A DNA stretch of 64,000 nucleotides from Flaccisagitta enflata (lineage: Eukaryota). The notes beneath the pieces are model-generated. The model made no database searches, had not been told where the DNA came from, and saw only the letters and a program-made list of their open reading frames with translations. This document shows, piece by piece, positions 1-47,350 of the stretch. Position 1 is the first letter of the stretch. Every line of letters starts with the position of its first letter. Where the stretch lies: positions 13,392,001-13,456,000 of the forward strand of contig OZ231126.1 in NCBI GenBank assembly GCA_965153355.1, written 5' to 3'. The position numbers and the translations under genes were made by a program.

Positions 1-1010
1 TTTTTCTGTTCCTTTTTCTTTTTCTTTTTTTTTTTTTTTTTTTTTTTTTTAGGGTCATCTTGATGGTTCCAAAGGTCAACGGTTTTATTCTCAACCAGGG
101 TCAACCACCATCGGTTTCCTCTCTCTCTATCGACATGCTATGATAATTACCATACCTTGAACACTGACATGCTAAAATCACCTTTCTGGCTTATACACCG
201 GCATGCTCTGGATCACCACTTTGCCTATTACTATGCCATGATCACTGAGATGCTGAAATCGACACTTTGCCATGAACTAATGACACGCTACATAAATAAC
301 TACGCCATGACCACTTACATGATCACTACTATGCCACGAACAGCGCCTTGCCATGATCTCTGTTAAGCTATGATTACCAATATCACAACTTTCACCACTA
401 AAAGGCGGATATTAAGTTGAGGATTTTAGCTGAATGCTAACACCACTGCTTGGCCAAAACAATCACCCTGCACTCATCAATCTTGCAAAAATCATCATCA
501 TGCCTTCCCCACTTCCATGCTAGTAACTCCACCATGCTGCTAACTCTTCCTTGCAAAGAGGAGGAGGGGGGGAAATTGACAGTAAGGCAAGAGGTAGGTA
601 AGGGGGCAGGGAAATCTTGCACGGCGGTTTGTTGTGTAAATGAAGCCAGAAAAAGAGACAAAAAAGCTTAGACGAATTTTCGATGACTAATCAAGAAATT
701 TACGCCTTTGCTCGTGTTGTGTCCTCATTCTAACATTTCTTATCTTTTCTCTTTTAAAAGAAAAAAAGTTGCAAAAAAGAAGAAAAAAATAGTTGCAAAA
801 AAAGAGGAAAAAAAAAACAGCTTTGATTTCAAAAGAAAGCAGACATAATTTAATCGAGACGGTGGCCAAAACCGATAAGATTTGCAATTCGCTTTTCCCT
901 CGATGTCGTCTCATCTTTCACCCAAGTATGTCAAAATGTTATCACTTCCCCCTTCTTTTCTATCATACTTTCTCTTTTTCCTTCTTTTTCTTTCCTTCTT
1001 TCTTTCATTT

Positions 1011-1188
1011 TTGGTCGCGTGCTACGCGACTCTACACCCCGCTTTGTCGGTCCGTCCGTCGGTCCGTCACACTTTTTCGGCGTTTTTAGGGTTTTTGGCC
1101 TAACTGCTCCGGCCCAAATGCTCTGGTGACCTCAAATATGGCCCTTGCCCACCCGCACGCGACTGGAGTAGCCGTGTATCCAGCCTTG
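1011..1188 (+). mobile_element. Helentron-associated (HINE/DINE-1-like) short element, representative copy
   Basis: T-run flanks, 5' hairpin GTCGCGTGCTACGCGAC, GTCC/GTCG microsatellite, 3' subterminal inverted repeat GCACGCGACT, terminal GCCGTGTATCC(G/A)GCCTTG; no TSD. Related copies near 8151-8302, 9430-9588, 10985-11166, 13239-13545, 13792-13975, 15693-15843, 19760-20193, 21134-21260, 21638-21878, 34437-34651, 37507-37620, 42377-42558, 42729-42886, 54641-54808, 55565-55763. Confidence 0.65.
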
Positions 1189-1540
1189 TTTTTTTCATTC
1201 CTTCTTCCTCATTTTCTATCCTGTTTTTCTGCAGTTCATTCTCCTCCTCCAACCTCTTACCCCTGCTCGATTTCTCCTCCTTCTTCTCCTACTTCTTCTT
1301 CTTCCTCTTCTTCTTCCTTTTCCTCTTCTTCTTCTTCTTCTTCTTCTTCTTTTTCTTTTTCTTCTTCTTCTTCTTCTTCCCCTATCCCCATCACCGCCTC
1401 CATATTCTTCTTTTTTCTTCTCTTTTCCACTAAAAAGTTCTTCCTGACGATTCTTCGCGTCAGCAAAAAAATACGTGAGGTCTCACTTAAAAGGAGAGAA
1501 AAGAAAAGGATAACATCAACGATGACGGAAACCACGAAAG

Positions 1541-1622
1541 CGACAACAACAACAACAACAACAACAACGAGAACAACAACAACAACAGCAACACCAACAA
1601 CAACAACAACAACAACACCACC

Positions 1623-1696
<74 letters not shown>

Positions 1697-1718
1697 CTAC
1701 AACAACAACAAAAACAAT

Positions 1719-1782
<64 letters not shown>

Positions 1783-2170
1783 GCAACAGGAACAACCACA
1801 ACAATAACAACAAATAAACAAAACAATAACAACAATAACAATGACGACAATAAACAAAAACTGCAATAACAACAACAACAATGACAACAATAACAAGAAT
1901 ATAACAACAGTAACCAAAACAAAAACAACGACGACGACAACAACAAATAACAACAATAAATAAATAAATAAAATAAATAAATAACAACAATAAACAACAA
2001 CAATAACAATAATAACAACAATAACAACAACAATAACAACAACATAACGACAATAATAAAGATAACGATGACAACAATGACAATGACAATGACAATGACA
2101 ACGACAATGACAATGACAATGACAATGACAACGACTATGACAATAACAATAACAACAACGACAACATTAA
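1541..2170 (+). repeat. (CAA)n / (CAAT) / (GACAAT)n compound microsatellite
   Basis: Directly visible; source of the poly-T/V/L/C ORFs. Other microsatellites: (AG)n 3296-3400, 3736-3863, 35172-35298, 44214-44480, 50285-50367; (CA)n 17945-18072, 22281-22374, 50368-50523; (TTTC)n 2350-2415, 17733-17805, 55360-55448; (TTTTTTG)n plus poly-T 53325-53530. Confidence 0.95.
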
Positions 2171-2351
2171 CAACTTTGTAGCCTTCATCGTATTCTCCTG
2201 TCTAAAATGAAGATTTTTTTAAAGGCAAAAGAAAGAAAATGGAAAGAAGGGAGGAAAAAGCGCTCATCACGCAGCACATTTTTATTTTCCTTTTAGCCAG
2301 CTGCTGCACCAAACCAACCTTAAACCTTCTTCTTTTCTTTTCTTTTCTTCT

Positions 2352-2391
<40 letters not shown>

Positions 2392-3292
2392 TTCTTTTCT
2401 TTCTTTCTTTCTTTTTTTGCTTTTTTTTCTCTGTTTGTTTATTTCGTTCTCTTTTATCTATTTCGTGGCCATCATAGTTTTTTCTTCTTTTCTATTAATC
2501 CTTTCGCTACTTTTCTCACTGTGTCCATCTTTTTTCTCCTTTTTTTTCCTCTTTCACATTCTCACTGTCTCTCCTCGTTCCAAATTGCAACTCTTTAATA
2601 TTCTAACCGTTTTCTCTCCTTCTTTCCTTTATTTCCTCCCCTCATCGCATCGTCCTCTCCCTTAACTTCTCTCCATCTGCAACTTTTCAGACGCTAAATG
2701 AAGAAATTATTCACTCAAATATATTGCTAGCTTATGAAATATTTTCATGGCGTTTTGAGAGCCTCTGCATCTAAAGAGAGAGAGGGAGACATAAAAAAAT
2801 ACGGTTGATTATAGGGATGGACTGAGTGCAGGTTGGTGTGGGTAAGGTCAATTTGGAAGAGGTATCAGGGAAAGATAAGCTGGAACTGCATGAAAGCGAG
2901 TTAACAAGGAGGATGGTAGGGTTTGGAATGATGGGATGTAGCTTGTAGGGCAGGTTTTAGTGGTAACAGGTCAAGAAAAGGAGTGGCAGCCAGTTTCTTT
3001 AAGTGTGGAATCTTATAGGAATAATGTCACCGTATATGGTGGGATATGGGGTACTGGATAATGGTTGAGAGAGAAGCTTGAGATGGTGCACGGTTGGGGA
3101 GGGGGGTGCCGTTTGTTCTTGAGTTCTTGACTTGTGGTCTGTGCATGGTAATAGTCGGGGGATGGATGTTGGGGGCGTTGCGTGTTCTTGAGCTCTTGAG
3201 TTGTGGGCTCCTTTGGGGATGATATTGCCGTGTCACTCTTCACAGAAAACCAATTGGAGAAGGAGTTAATTGCCAATCTTTGAAACAAAAAG

Positions 3293-3404
<112 letters not shown>

Positions 3405-3731
3405 GAGACAGAACACAGAAGGAGAGACAAAAAGACAGAGACAGACAGACTATGAGACAGACAGAAAGCAAAACAGTGAAATAGAGAGAGTGAGACAAAG
3501 AAACAGAGAGAGACCAAAAGAGCCTAAAAGAGAAAGACAAAAAAGAGAGATTAAGACCAAGACTTCTAAAGGCAGCGAGACAGACAGCTTTGTAAGAGAC
3601 AGAGTCAGAGACAGAGACAGAGACAGAGAGAGACAAAGAGAGAATTTTTGTTTGGGAAGGAAATTACTTCCGTGGAGACGACATTAAAAGAGAAGACAAA
3701 TGAGGCTCAACTACACCGTCAAATGAAGAAG

Positions 3732-3824
<93 letters not shown>

Positions 3825-3836
3825 AGAGAAAGAGAA

Positions 3837-3870
<34 letters not shown>

Positions 3871-4158
3871 TGGAGGAAGGTGGGTGGGTAGGGGGAGATG
3901 TGTAAAGAGAGACACCGAGACAGACAAACAGATATACAATAAATTCTTGTGTAAACATGATGCTATGAGTGACTCATCATTCCATTCAACTCAATGTTTC
4001 ATCCAGTCTACATCAAAATCTATAACAATCTGATCTTTTTTTTTTCAACCCATACTTCTCATATCCGTAACAGACTCAATAGTCCAGCTATCAAATTTCC
4101 CCTCTTATCGTTGACTCAATTTCCTGATGTCCCTCTCTTTTTTTTTTCCTCTCTGCAG

Positions 4159-5809
4159 TGAGTTTTTGGGTCCGTTTTCGCGCGATAACATGGACGCGCT
4201 CATCCAAGAGCACACCTACGCTCGATCGCCGCTTCGATCTTACGCTTGTGGGCCGAATGGCGCCCCCGCCGGTCCTCCGGGAACCCCCGGCGCTGGCGCC
4301 GAGGCCGACTTCGACGATCTTCACCGGCATATGCCGCCGGGAATGTCCATTTCTGCCGCTGCCGCCGCCGCCGCCGCAGCCGCTGCCGCTGGACATCATC
4401 TCAAAGACCCTCAACACTTTCTACAAACGGCGTCTTTCTTCCGGCCACCCCCGGGATCTCCAGTGGGTGGTCCGCCTCCTCCTCCGCCGCCGCCTCCATC
4501 ATCGGCGGCGGCAGCCATCATGGCCTCGTTTAACGCTTCCGGTGGATCGGCTGCTGCTGCTGCTGCGGCGTCTTCGTTGTGGAAGTCGTCTCCGGCTGCG
4601 GCTGCGGCGGCGGCGGCGGCCATGTCCGGCGGCGGCCCCAACTCGGCCGCGGCTGCGTTTTCCTCGTCTTTGATGCAATTCTACTCTTCGCTCCCAGGTT
4701 GGTACATGATAGCTTTGTCGCCGGAGTTTTACTTTATGCTTTGCTTTTGATCACTAATGGCCGTTACAAATAAAAACTGTCGATAACAAAGCTATTTCTC
4801 GGTCCGTTCTTTCCAAATATGATTAACCGAGATCGACAATCAAACAAACTGGCAATTGTAAAAAAGAAAAAACAAAACAAAACCGACCAAAAAGAACTTA
4901 TTGCGGCCCTTAACAAAATAGATCATCTATTTTTGATGTTTCTCTTTTTTTCTCTCCCTCTCCTAAATAGGCGCTTCTTCCGCTCTGAGCTCCTTGTCTC
5001 CGTTTAGTCTTCCTTTCTCTTCTCCCGCCGCCGCCGCCGCTTCTTTGGCGGTTTCCGCTCAGGCTGCTCAGGCCGCTCAGGCGCTCGCCGCTCATCACGC
5101 TGCCGCCGCCAGCGCCGCCAACGCCGCAGCCTCGCCGCTGGATTTGAGAAGCGGCGACGCCGTATCCACGCCGACGCCCCGTTCGGCCGCCGCGGCGCTG
5201 CTGTCGCGTGGAGGCGGCGCGTCGACACCCGGCGCCGAATCTCAACTCGTGGATGTAGGAGGCGGGCCCGGAAGTGGCAGAAATAGCGCCGATCCACGAA
5301 ACGGCGTCTCAGGAGGAGGAGGAGGAGGAGGAGGAGGGCATTTGACGCCTACTCATTCAGTGGAAAACAATCCTCTTTGCGTGACTCCTCCGATTGGCGG
5401 CGTTTCCGGTGCGCCATCTGCTGCCTGCGCTGCCGCCGCTGCCGCTGCCACATCGGCGTTCCAAAACAGCGCCGGTATCGGAGGCGCCAACCCGACGACG
5501 CCGACGCATTTGTCCCCCGGCGTCGCGTCGGCAGAAACAGCCTCGCCGCCAACTTCCGCCGTTGCCGCCGCCATGTCACTCAGCGCCGCCGCCGCCGCCG
5601 CTGCCGCCTCCTCTTCCTCATCTTCCTCTTCTGCTTCCTCCTCTTCCTCCTCATCTTCTTCATCCAGATATTACGGCATTCATCACAAATACCACCCTTA
5701 TTTGCCCTCGGCCGCGGCTGCTGCTGCGGCTGCCGGGTCGCCTTATCCATTAGCCAGTTTGTTTAGGCCCCTTCCCTCGCAGTCATTGGATTTGAGACCG
5801 CAAGTTTGA
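4159..5809 (+). CDS. TBX20: T-box transcription factor Tbx20/H15/midline-like, last two coding exons (4159-4697 and 4971-5809); T-box domain exons lie upstream of the window
   Basis: Acceptor ttcctctctgcag at 4158. RDNMDALIQEHTYARSPLRSY resembles the post-T-box motif I recall for Tbx20 (RESVESLIQKHSYARSPIRTY). Phase-1 intron 4698-4970 (CCAG|gttggt...ctaaatag|GC) joins ORF 4127 to ORF 4994 in frame. GC-rich, Ala/Pro/Ser-rich tail ending SLDLRPQV-stop. The T-box itself is not visible. Confidence 0.75.
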
Positions 5810-7151
5810 GGGGATTCAAATCGTTTTTAAAATTTCCATAATGATTATTTTTTCCTTTTTTTTTCCTTTGCCATCCCCAGCAAGGTTTTTTTTCTCCATC
5901 TCCCCCTTACTATCCCACAAAAAAAACATCATTTTGTTTTGTTTTGTTTTTTTCAATTTCTTTGTTACTTATCCCTTAAAATCTCTTAACAATCTCAACC
6001 TTTTATGATAATTGGCTGATAGCATCCATATTTTCAAACTTGGATCTAAAAATACCAAATATAGTCAAGTTCGATGCTGTAAGCTGCATCCACATCTTTG
6101 AAATTCGGATTTTTGACAACAATTTTATCCGACTATGATCGCTAGATCACGATGAATAACTCTCTGTTTGTGCCATATTTTCTTGATTATGCGGATTATA
6201 TTGATTCTTTCACTCTAGTCATCAACTTTTTTAAAAAACAAACATGATTTTTACAGATTGCTTTCATTGATTCTGCTAACGTTGATTCTATTCCGCTTCC
6301 TCTGCCCCTGCAGTTGCCCTCTTCCCCTGCCCTTCTGCCTCCCTTCAAGCATTTGATTCTTGCTTCAAATAAGAAACCATTTTACTAACATGGGACTATC
6401 AAGGAATATGAACCATTAAATGAGTTTTCAAAAAACACTTAAATATCTAATTTGTTCCTCATCTTCTGATCCTCTAGATCCAACTTAAGTTTCTCCTTCT
6501 CCTTTGTAGTTGCGCCTTTAAAAAACCCCCAAAACATTTAAGTTGACTTTTACTTACTATCAATTTGAGATGTAACCTGTGATCTTTTCAAAACTCAATC
6601 CCGATGCTCTATTTTTTCATCAAATTTTTTGAATACATGTAACATGTTGTAATTATAAAAGAAGTATGATTAAAAAAAATTGAGATGATTTCAAGATACA
6701 CTAATGCCAATTTTGTTTTCCATAAACGGAAAAAGAAGGAATGGCTCCCATTTGCGGACAACCTCACATGCAGATAATGATTTTCAAATGTTCTCTCTAA
6801 ATTTTCCGCGCTTTCTTTTCAAAGAAATCACTCATTGAAAATCGCGTTTCTGTAGCAGTTAGTAGAATTCTATTTACAATTCCCTTCTGACTCTATTTAT
6901 TGATTGATTTGAAATCTGAAATTTTATTTGCCGACATTACAATAATGACTGCCGATCTGTTCTGCTTTTTTTCCTAATTGTACGCTGTCTTAAACTACTG
7001 AAATTCCTTTTAATTCGATCAAATATGACCATTGTATTTAGTTGATTTATTTTTCATTTTGTTTTTAAGACTGATCCTAATTATTAGTAATCAGCCCAAA
7101 TTCATCCGTTCTGAAAATAACTAACGCTTGATCTGAAAAAATGATTGTAAA

Positions 7152-7186
7152 ATAAAACTCAAAAAAATTATTTATCATTAAATAAA
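7152..7186 (+). terminator. Candidate polyadenylation signals of the Tbx20-like gene
   Basis: AATAAA at about 7152 and 7181, ending a ~1.35-kb AT-rich, repeat-free tract after the stop codon. Confidence 0.4.
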
Positions 7187-7389
7187 CCATTTACCTTGAT
7201 TAGCTCAAAGAACTCAACAGAAACAGATATAAAAGAGCCAGAAAGTTAGCATATCTAAATCTGAGTACAGTTATTTTGTTAGTGACAATAACATGGAAAT
7301 GTGCGATCAAAAAGTTTAAAGATCTAAATTTCCTCGATAGCCCTTTTGTTTCCTTATTTTTCAAGGGCCCAAACTAAAGTTGGAAAAAG

Positions 7390-7403
7390 GTCTCCATGAC
7401 AAC
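7390..7403. promoter_or_regulatory. RFX X-box upstream of the ciliary gene
   Basis: GTCTCCATGACAAC fits the GTHNYY-AT-RRNAAC X-box consensus, about 150 bp upstream of the CCDC42-like ATG, followed by a half site (AGCAAC). Confidence 0.7.
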
Positions 7404-7549
7404 CAAGCAACAAGATGGAACTGATTTTGAAAGGACATTGAAAATTCAAACGATGCCCTGAGCTTTTTTTGTGTTTTGATCCTTGACATTGATATTGGCG
7501 TGAAAACCGAATTAAGAATCAGCAAGAAGTATACAACCAGTGTTGCAAA

Positions 7550-33010
<25,461 letters not shown>

Positions 33011-33044
33011 AAGCGCTTGCTATTTGTAATTATCGTCGTCGTCG

Positions 33045-33103
<59 letters not shown>

Positions 33104-33105
33104 GC

Positions 33106-33166
<61 letters not shown>

Positions 33167-35168
33167 CCTATCTTCGCACTAGTTCGTCTTTACTTTTTCT
33201 AACTGTAATGAGATAATATGAAATGATGTGAGATGAGGAGAAGTATGCAGCAAACCTACACAACAAACTTGTTCTCTACCCTGTCTGTCTTTTGCCAATA
33301 AACCAAATGTTATAAAAGTTTCTTTCATTTATCTTTAATCAAATGAGGATAAGTGCGATGAATACTGTACAACAACTTTACAAAGTTCATCTAGTTTCTA
33401 TTTGTGGTGTGACATTTTCATCCTTGAACTATACTGAGGGCAATTGGTGTTTGGTATAAGGTAGTCTTTCTCAGACGACGAACGTAGCCTTAGATGTGTA
33501 AATGACTTTTTTATGGTACCATCATTTTTTACCGAGTGAATTCGAGATTTCTTGTTGCCTTTTTCTTCATTTTATGGATCAAAAAAATATCTACCAGAAA
33601 ATTCTTTGGTCAGTTTCTAGATTTTGATTACAAGTGGTTCGCCATGGTTGTGAGTCATAGTGCTATGAAAAAAGCAGAGAAGTGTCAATTGACCATTCAG
33701 TGCATCGGGTTTCTTGAACAAGAAAATGCTTGGTTGATGGAAGTTATGATGATTGTTGATAAATATTTTTTTCTTTCCTAGTTACCTGTTCGACCTCATT
33801 TTTTTCTAACTTCTATGGCCGGAAGAATTGATTTTACCATAGATTCTTTCTAGTTAAACATGGTTCTATGTGAATCAGGGGAGGAACCAATTCTTCCGGC
33901 AGTTCAGGTACCCTGCGTACCCCCCCCCCCCCCCTGAGTCTTTCTTGTCACATACACATTTCACAAATAGCCGAAAATTTAAGATTTTTGTTGCTGCTGA
34001 TATGTATCCGTTGAGCCGCTTTGTAGTAAGGTTTGAGGTGAATTTTGATAATTCTAAGGATAGCTGTGATTGGTCCGGATGAAACACCAGTTGGAGCTCC
34101 TAAGGCTCTTGTCCTTATTTTAGAATTTTTGCTGTAAAGTATTGTTGTCCAACTCATATATACTCCTACTGTCCAACAGAAAATACACTAAAGAACTTAG
34201 GGTGTAAAAATCGCTGCGGACGGAGCATGGGGCGGGGGAGGGGGTGCAGGGTCGGAAATACTTATTTTTCAACTTGAGCATCACTGAGGGGTGGAGGGAC
34301 GGACCTACTGATGGACTTGCAACGCGTCTAAAACTAAAAAGTTGAACAAAACTCATGAGCTTTAAAAATGTTTCCTTGCGGTAGCAAAAAAAAAACAGTG
34401 AGGCAAAGTCTTGAAAAACAAAGCCAACACCTTACAGTCGCGTGCGGTTGTTAAAGCCATTAGAGTTTAGACCAAAAGTCTAAAAGACCAAAAGATTAAG
34501 AGATTGAATCTTAATTGACTTAAATTAACCTGAAAGAACTTAAAATGACTTAAAGCGACTAAAAATGGCGTAAAACGACAAAAAAATCTAAGCGTTACCG
34601 ACAGACCGAACGACGGACAGAGTAGGTTGTTGAGTCGCGTGCACGCGACTAAAAATTGATTCATTGACAGTAGTTTGTCAATGTGACATTAGCTACACTA
34701 CTCTCTCATTATGGACAAAGCAAGCCACCAGGCACTTAAGTAGTATTTTCGAGGGATAAAAACTAGATTCACAATTACAAAGTAGACATCGGTGATGCCA
34801 ACAGTTAAACCGTCAATGCCTCTCAAAGCTGAATTATAAAAGATTGTTGAAAAACATCACATACAATTATACACCATATACATACAGGTCATGACATCAA
34901 CTATCATCTACAATATAAAGGAAAAGTTTGCGTATATAATTGACAAAGTAATAGAGTCGAGTGTAATTATACACTTTAAAGCTAAAGTTCCCCAGAACAT
35001 AGTACAAGAATGTGCATAACTAAGATATGAGGAGACTACTAAAGAAAAGTATTTGCACTCAGGTGTGTCAGAATGAAACGCCTTGGCGAGGTTGTTCATC
35101 AAGATAAGGCAACACCAAAGCATGGCGGGACTATGCTTATAGGATCAGAGACAAAGAAAGGGAGAGAA

Positions 35169-35302
<134 letters not shown>

Positions 35303-35836
35303 CGATATGTAGAAAAATAGAAAAACATGGAACTGTCACTGCACTGAATTAAATCGCTACAATTGACAAAAAAGAGAAGAGAAAAACTGAACAAATAAAG
35401 TGTGTTAGAAATGAAATTCCTACTGCTAATTGTAGCAAAGAAAACAAACCACTTGGGCTTTGTCAAAAAGATTTCAAACTGAATATTAACAGAATGTAGA
35501 TATCTCCATGGTTTTGCCACCATGCACAAATGGCAAAATGTTGTTTTCTTGTGGTAAGCTTAAAAACAAACTGTCTGAAATCCTGAAACAGTGGACATCG
35601 AAGTGGTTTCAGCCTCTTAAGTAAATATTCAAATAATCTCTGACAATCAGAAAAGACATCTGCATAATGACACACCCAAGCACCAGGCGCCGTTTGTGAC
35701 CAACGCCGTGATGGCCGAAGCACCATAAAGTCAATATCAAATGATCATCTGCAATCAACGTTTAAACTCTGATAGCTGTACCCTTTTCTGTTACATGATA
35801 TAGCATAATCTTACATCCAACTTCAGTCGCGTGCTA

Positions 35837-37245
35837 CTATCTAGAACATATGTATATCGACAGACGTTTTGGTCAATATTGAGGCTTTAGAAAAGAAATC
35901 GATATAAAAATCGGTGAGATTCTGAAACTTCATCGAATTTCTGATCGAATGAGACCAACCGCGTTACTGTAACTCAAGCCGTTTAGAAATGACAAACGAA
36001 ACAAGATCGTTACTCAAAATGAAAAATGGCAAAAAAATTGCAGTTAGATTTTGTTCGTTCTCTTTCGTCCACCGGAAGTTATTCATCCGTTAGAATTTAG
36101 TTTTTTATCGTATTTTTTGTTCATTTTACCATGCCAAAGTCCAGTTACATTTCTTTGGCCGACAAGGGAGCCATTGTCGCACTCAGAGATGAGGGCTTTT
36201 CCCTGAGAGCGATCGCCAAACGTCTCGATCTTCATCATTCAACCATCGGCAAATTCCTGCAGCGCTACGAAGCATCCAAGTCATTCGATGTCGCTCCCAA
36301 ATCCGGTCGCAGCCGAAGCACGACGCCTGCTCAAGACAAAGTACTTGAGAACCTCTGCCTCAAAGATCGAAAAAAGTCAGCGCCAGAGTTGAACAAAGCT
36401 TGGCGGAAGGCGACGAAGAATCGCGTCAATGTTTCGCGGATGACCGTCATCAGGCGTCTCCTGTCGGCGGGACTTCCGGCGCGAACGCCAAGGAAAACAT
36501 CTCTCAAGACCGAGAAGATCAAAGAAAAGCGTCTCAACTTCGCCTTGGAGCATCTGGATTGGACGGTCGACGATTGGTCCAAAGTCTCGTTTTCTGATGA
36601 ATCTTGGATTCAAATTCGGGAGAACGGCAGGCTGCAGTTCGTCAGACGTCGTCCGGGAGAAGCCTTTCTTCCGGAATGCTGCACAACTACGACCAAACAC
36701 CCCGTCAAAATCATGGTCTTCGGGGCCATTACGCCGACGAGGAAGAGCAAGCTGATCTTCGTTAACGGAACAGTCAATGCGGCGCGCTACCAAGACATCT
36801 TGAAGAAAGCAAAGATCGTCGACTTCTTGAAACGCGGACGCGGAAAATTCGAGTTGATGGAAGATGGCGCTCCGGCGCATCGCGCCGTCACAACGAAGCA
36901 ATGGCACGCGAAACACGGCGTCAAACTTTTCCCTGGATGGCCCGGAAATTCACCGGACCTCAACCCCATCGAATCGTTGTGGTCTCAGATGAAGCAGCTT
37001 CAGAGTAGAGAACGCGCGACGTCGGCTGCAGGTCTGAAAAGAATCGCTCTCAAAGTCTGGAGGAAGATCTCGCCATCATACCTCAAATCTCTCTACGAAA
37101 GCATGCCAAGACGAATGAAGTCGGTCGTTGATGCTCAAGGGGGACATACGAAGTATTAAACGTATTCAAGAGATGTATTTTGTATTATTTATTGAATAAA
37201 TTATTTAATTTAAATAAGTGTCGACATACTTTTGTTCTAGATAGT
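35837..37245 (+). mobile_element. Full-length Tc1/mariner-superfamily DNA transposon, 1409 bp
   Basis: Imperfect 26-27 bp TIRs (CTATCTAGAACATATGTATATCGACA versus reverse complement of the right end CTATCTAGAACAAAAAGTATGTCGACA), TA on both flanks (35835-36, 37246-47), AATAAA at 37195. Confidence 0.9.
36131..37159 (+). CDS. Tc1-family transposase, intact, 342 aa, DD35E catalytic spacing
   Basis: N-terminal HTH (SLRAIAKRL), GRSR for GRPR, WSKVSFSDES, MEDGAPAH, WPGNSPDLNPIE, C-terminal SMPRRMKSVVDAQGGHTKY. 35 residues counted between the second D and E. No stops or frameshifts. Confidence 0.95.
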   Translation: MPKSSYISLADKGAIVALRDEGFSLRAIAKRLDLHHSTIGKFLQRYEASKSFDVAPKSGRSRSTTPAQDKVLENLCLKDRKKSAPELNKAWRKATKNRVNVSRMTVIRRLLSAGLPARTPRKTSLKTEKIKEKRLNFALEHLDWTVDDWSKVSFSDESWIQIRENGRLQFVRRRPGEAFLPECCTTTTKHPVKIMVFGAITPTRKSKLIFVNGTVNAARYQDILKKAKIVDFLKRGRGKFELMEDGAPAHRAVTTKQWHAKHGVKLFPGWPGNSPDLNPIESLWSQMKQLQSRERATSAAGLKRIALKVWRKISPSYLKSLYESMPRRMKSVVDAQGGHTKY

Positions 37246-37395
37246 AAGTTATTCTAAGTCAATCTGTAAGTCTCGCACGCGACTGATAGGTGTTGGCCTT
37301 GTTTTTTCGGCCTGTCGGTTTCCAAAACCAGTCCATCGCATCCACAATCCTCATCCACTTTTTTGCACCCCATATTTTTCTTAGTTTCTTCCAGA

Positions 37396-47085
<9,690 letters not shown>

Positions 47086-47278
47086 TTTGCTCAAGAGACA
47101 GGTTTAAGAAGCATTTATAACAAACATCCACCATACAGCATTAGACTTTTGCCATTCCAATTCTTGCTTGAGTTTAGTTTGGTGAAAAAATCTTGAGACA
47201 GTTTTGCCGTGCCACATAAGCTGAGAACTACTTGTACATAAGACATGCATTTGATTTGAAGTAAGAAAAAGTTTGCTT

Positions 47279-47350
<72 letters not shown>

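Noticed and set aside
36331-36969. Antisense and alternate-frame ORFs over the transposase
   Set aside because: By-products of GC-rich coding sequence; the same holds for overlapping ORFs at 4091-5766.
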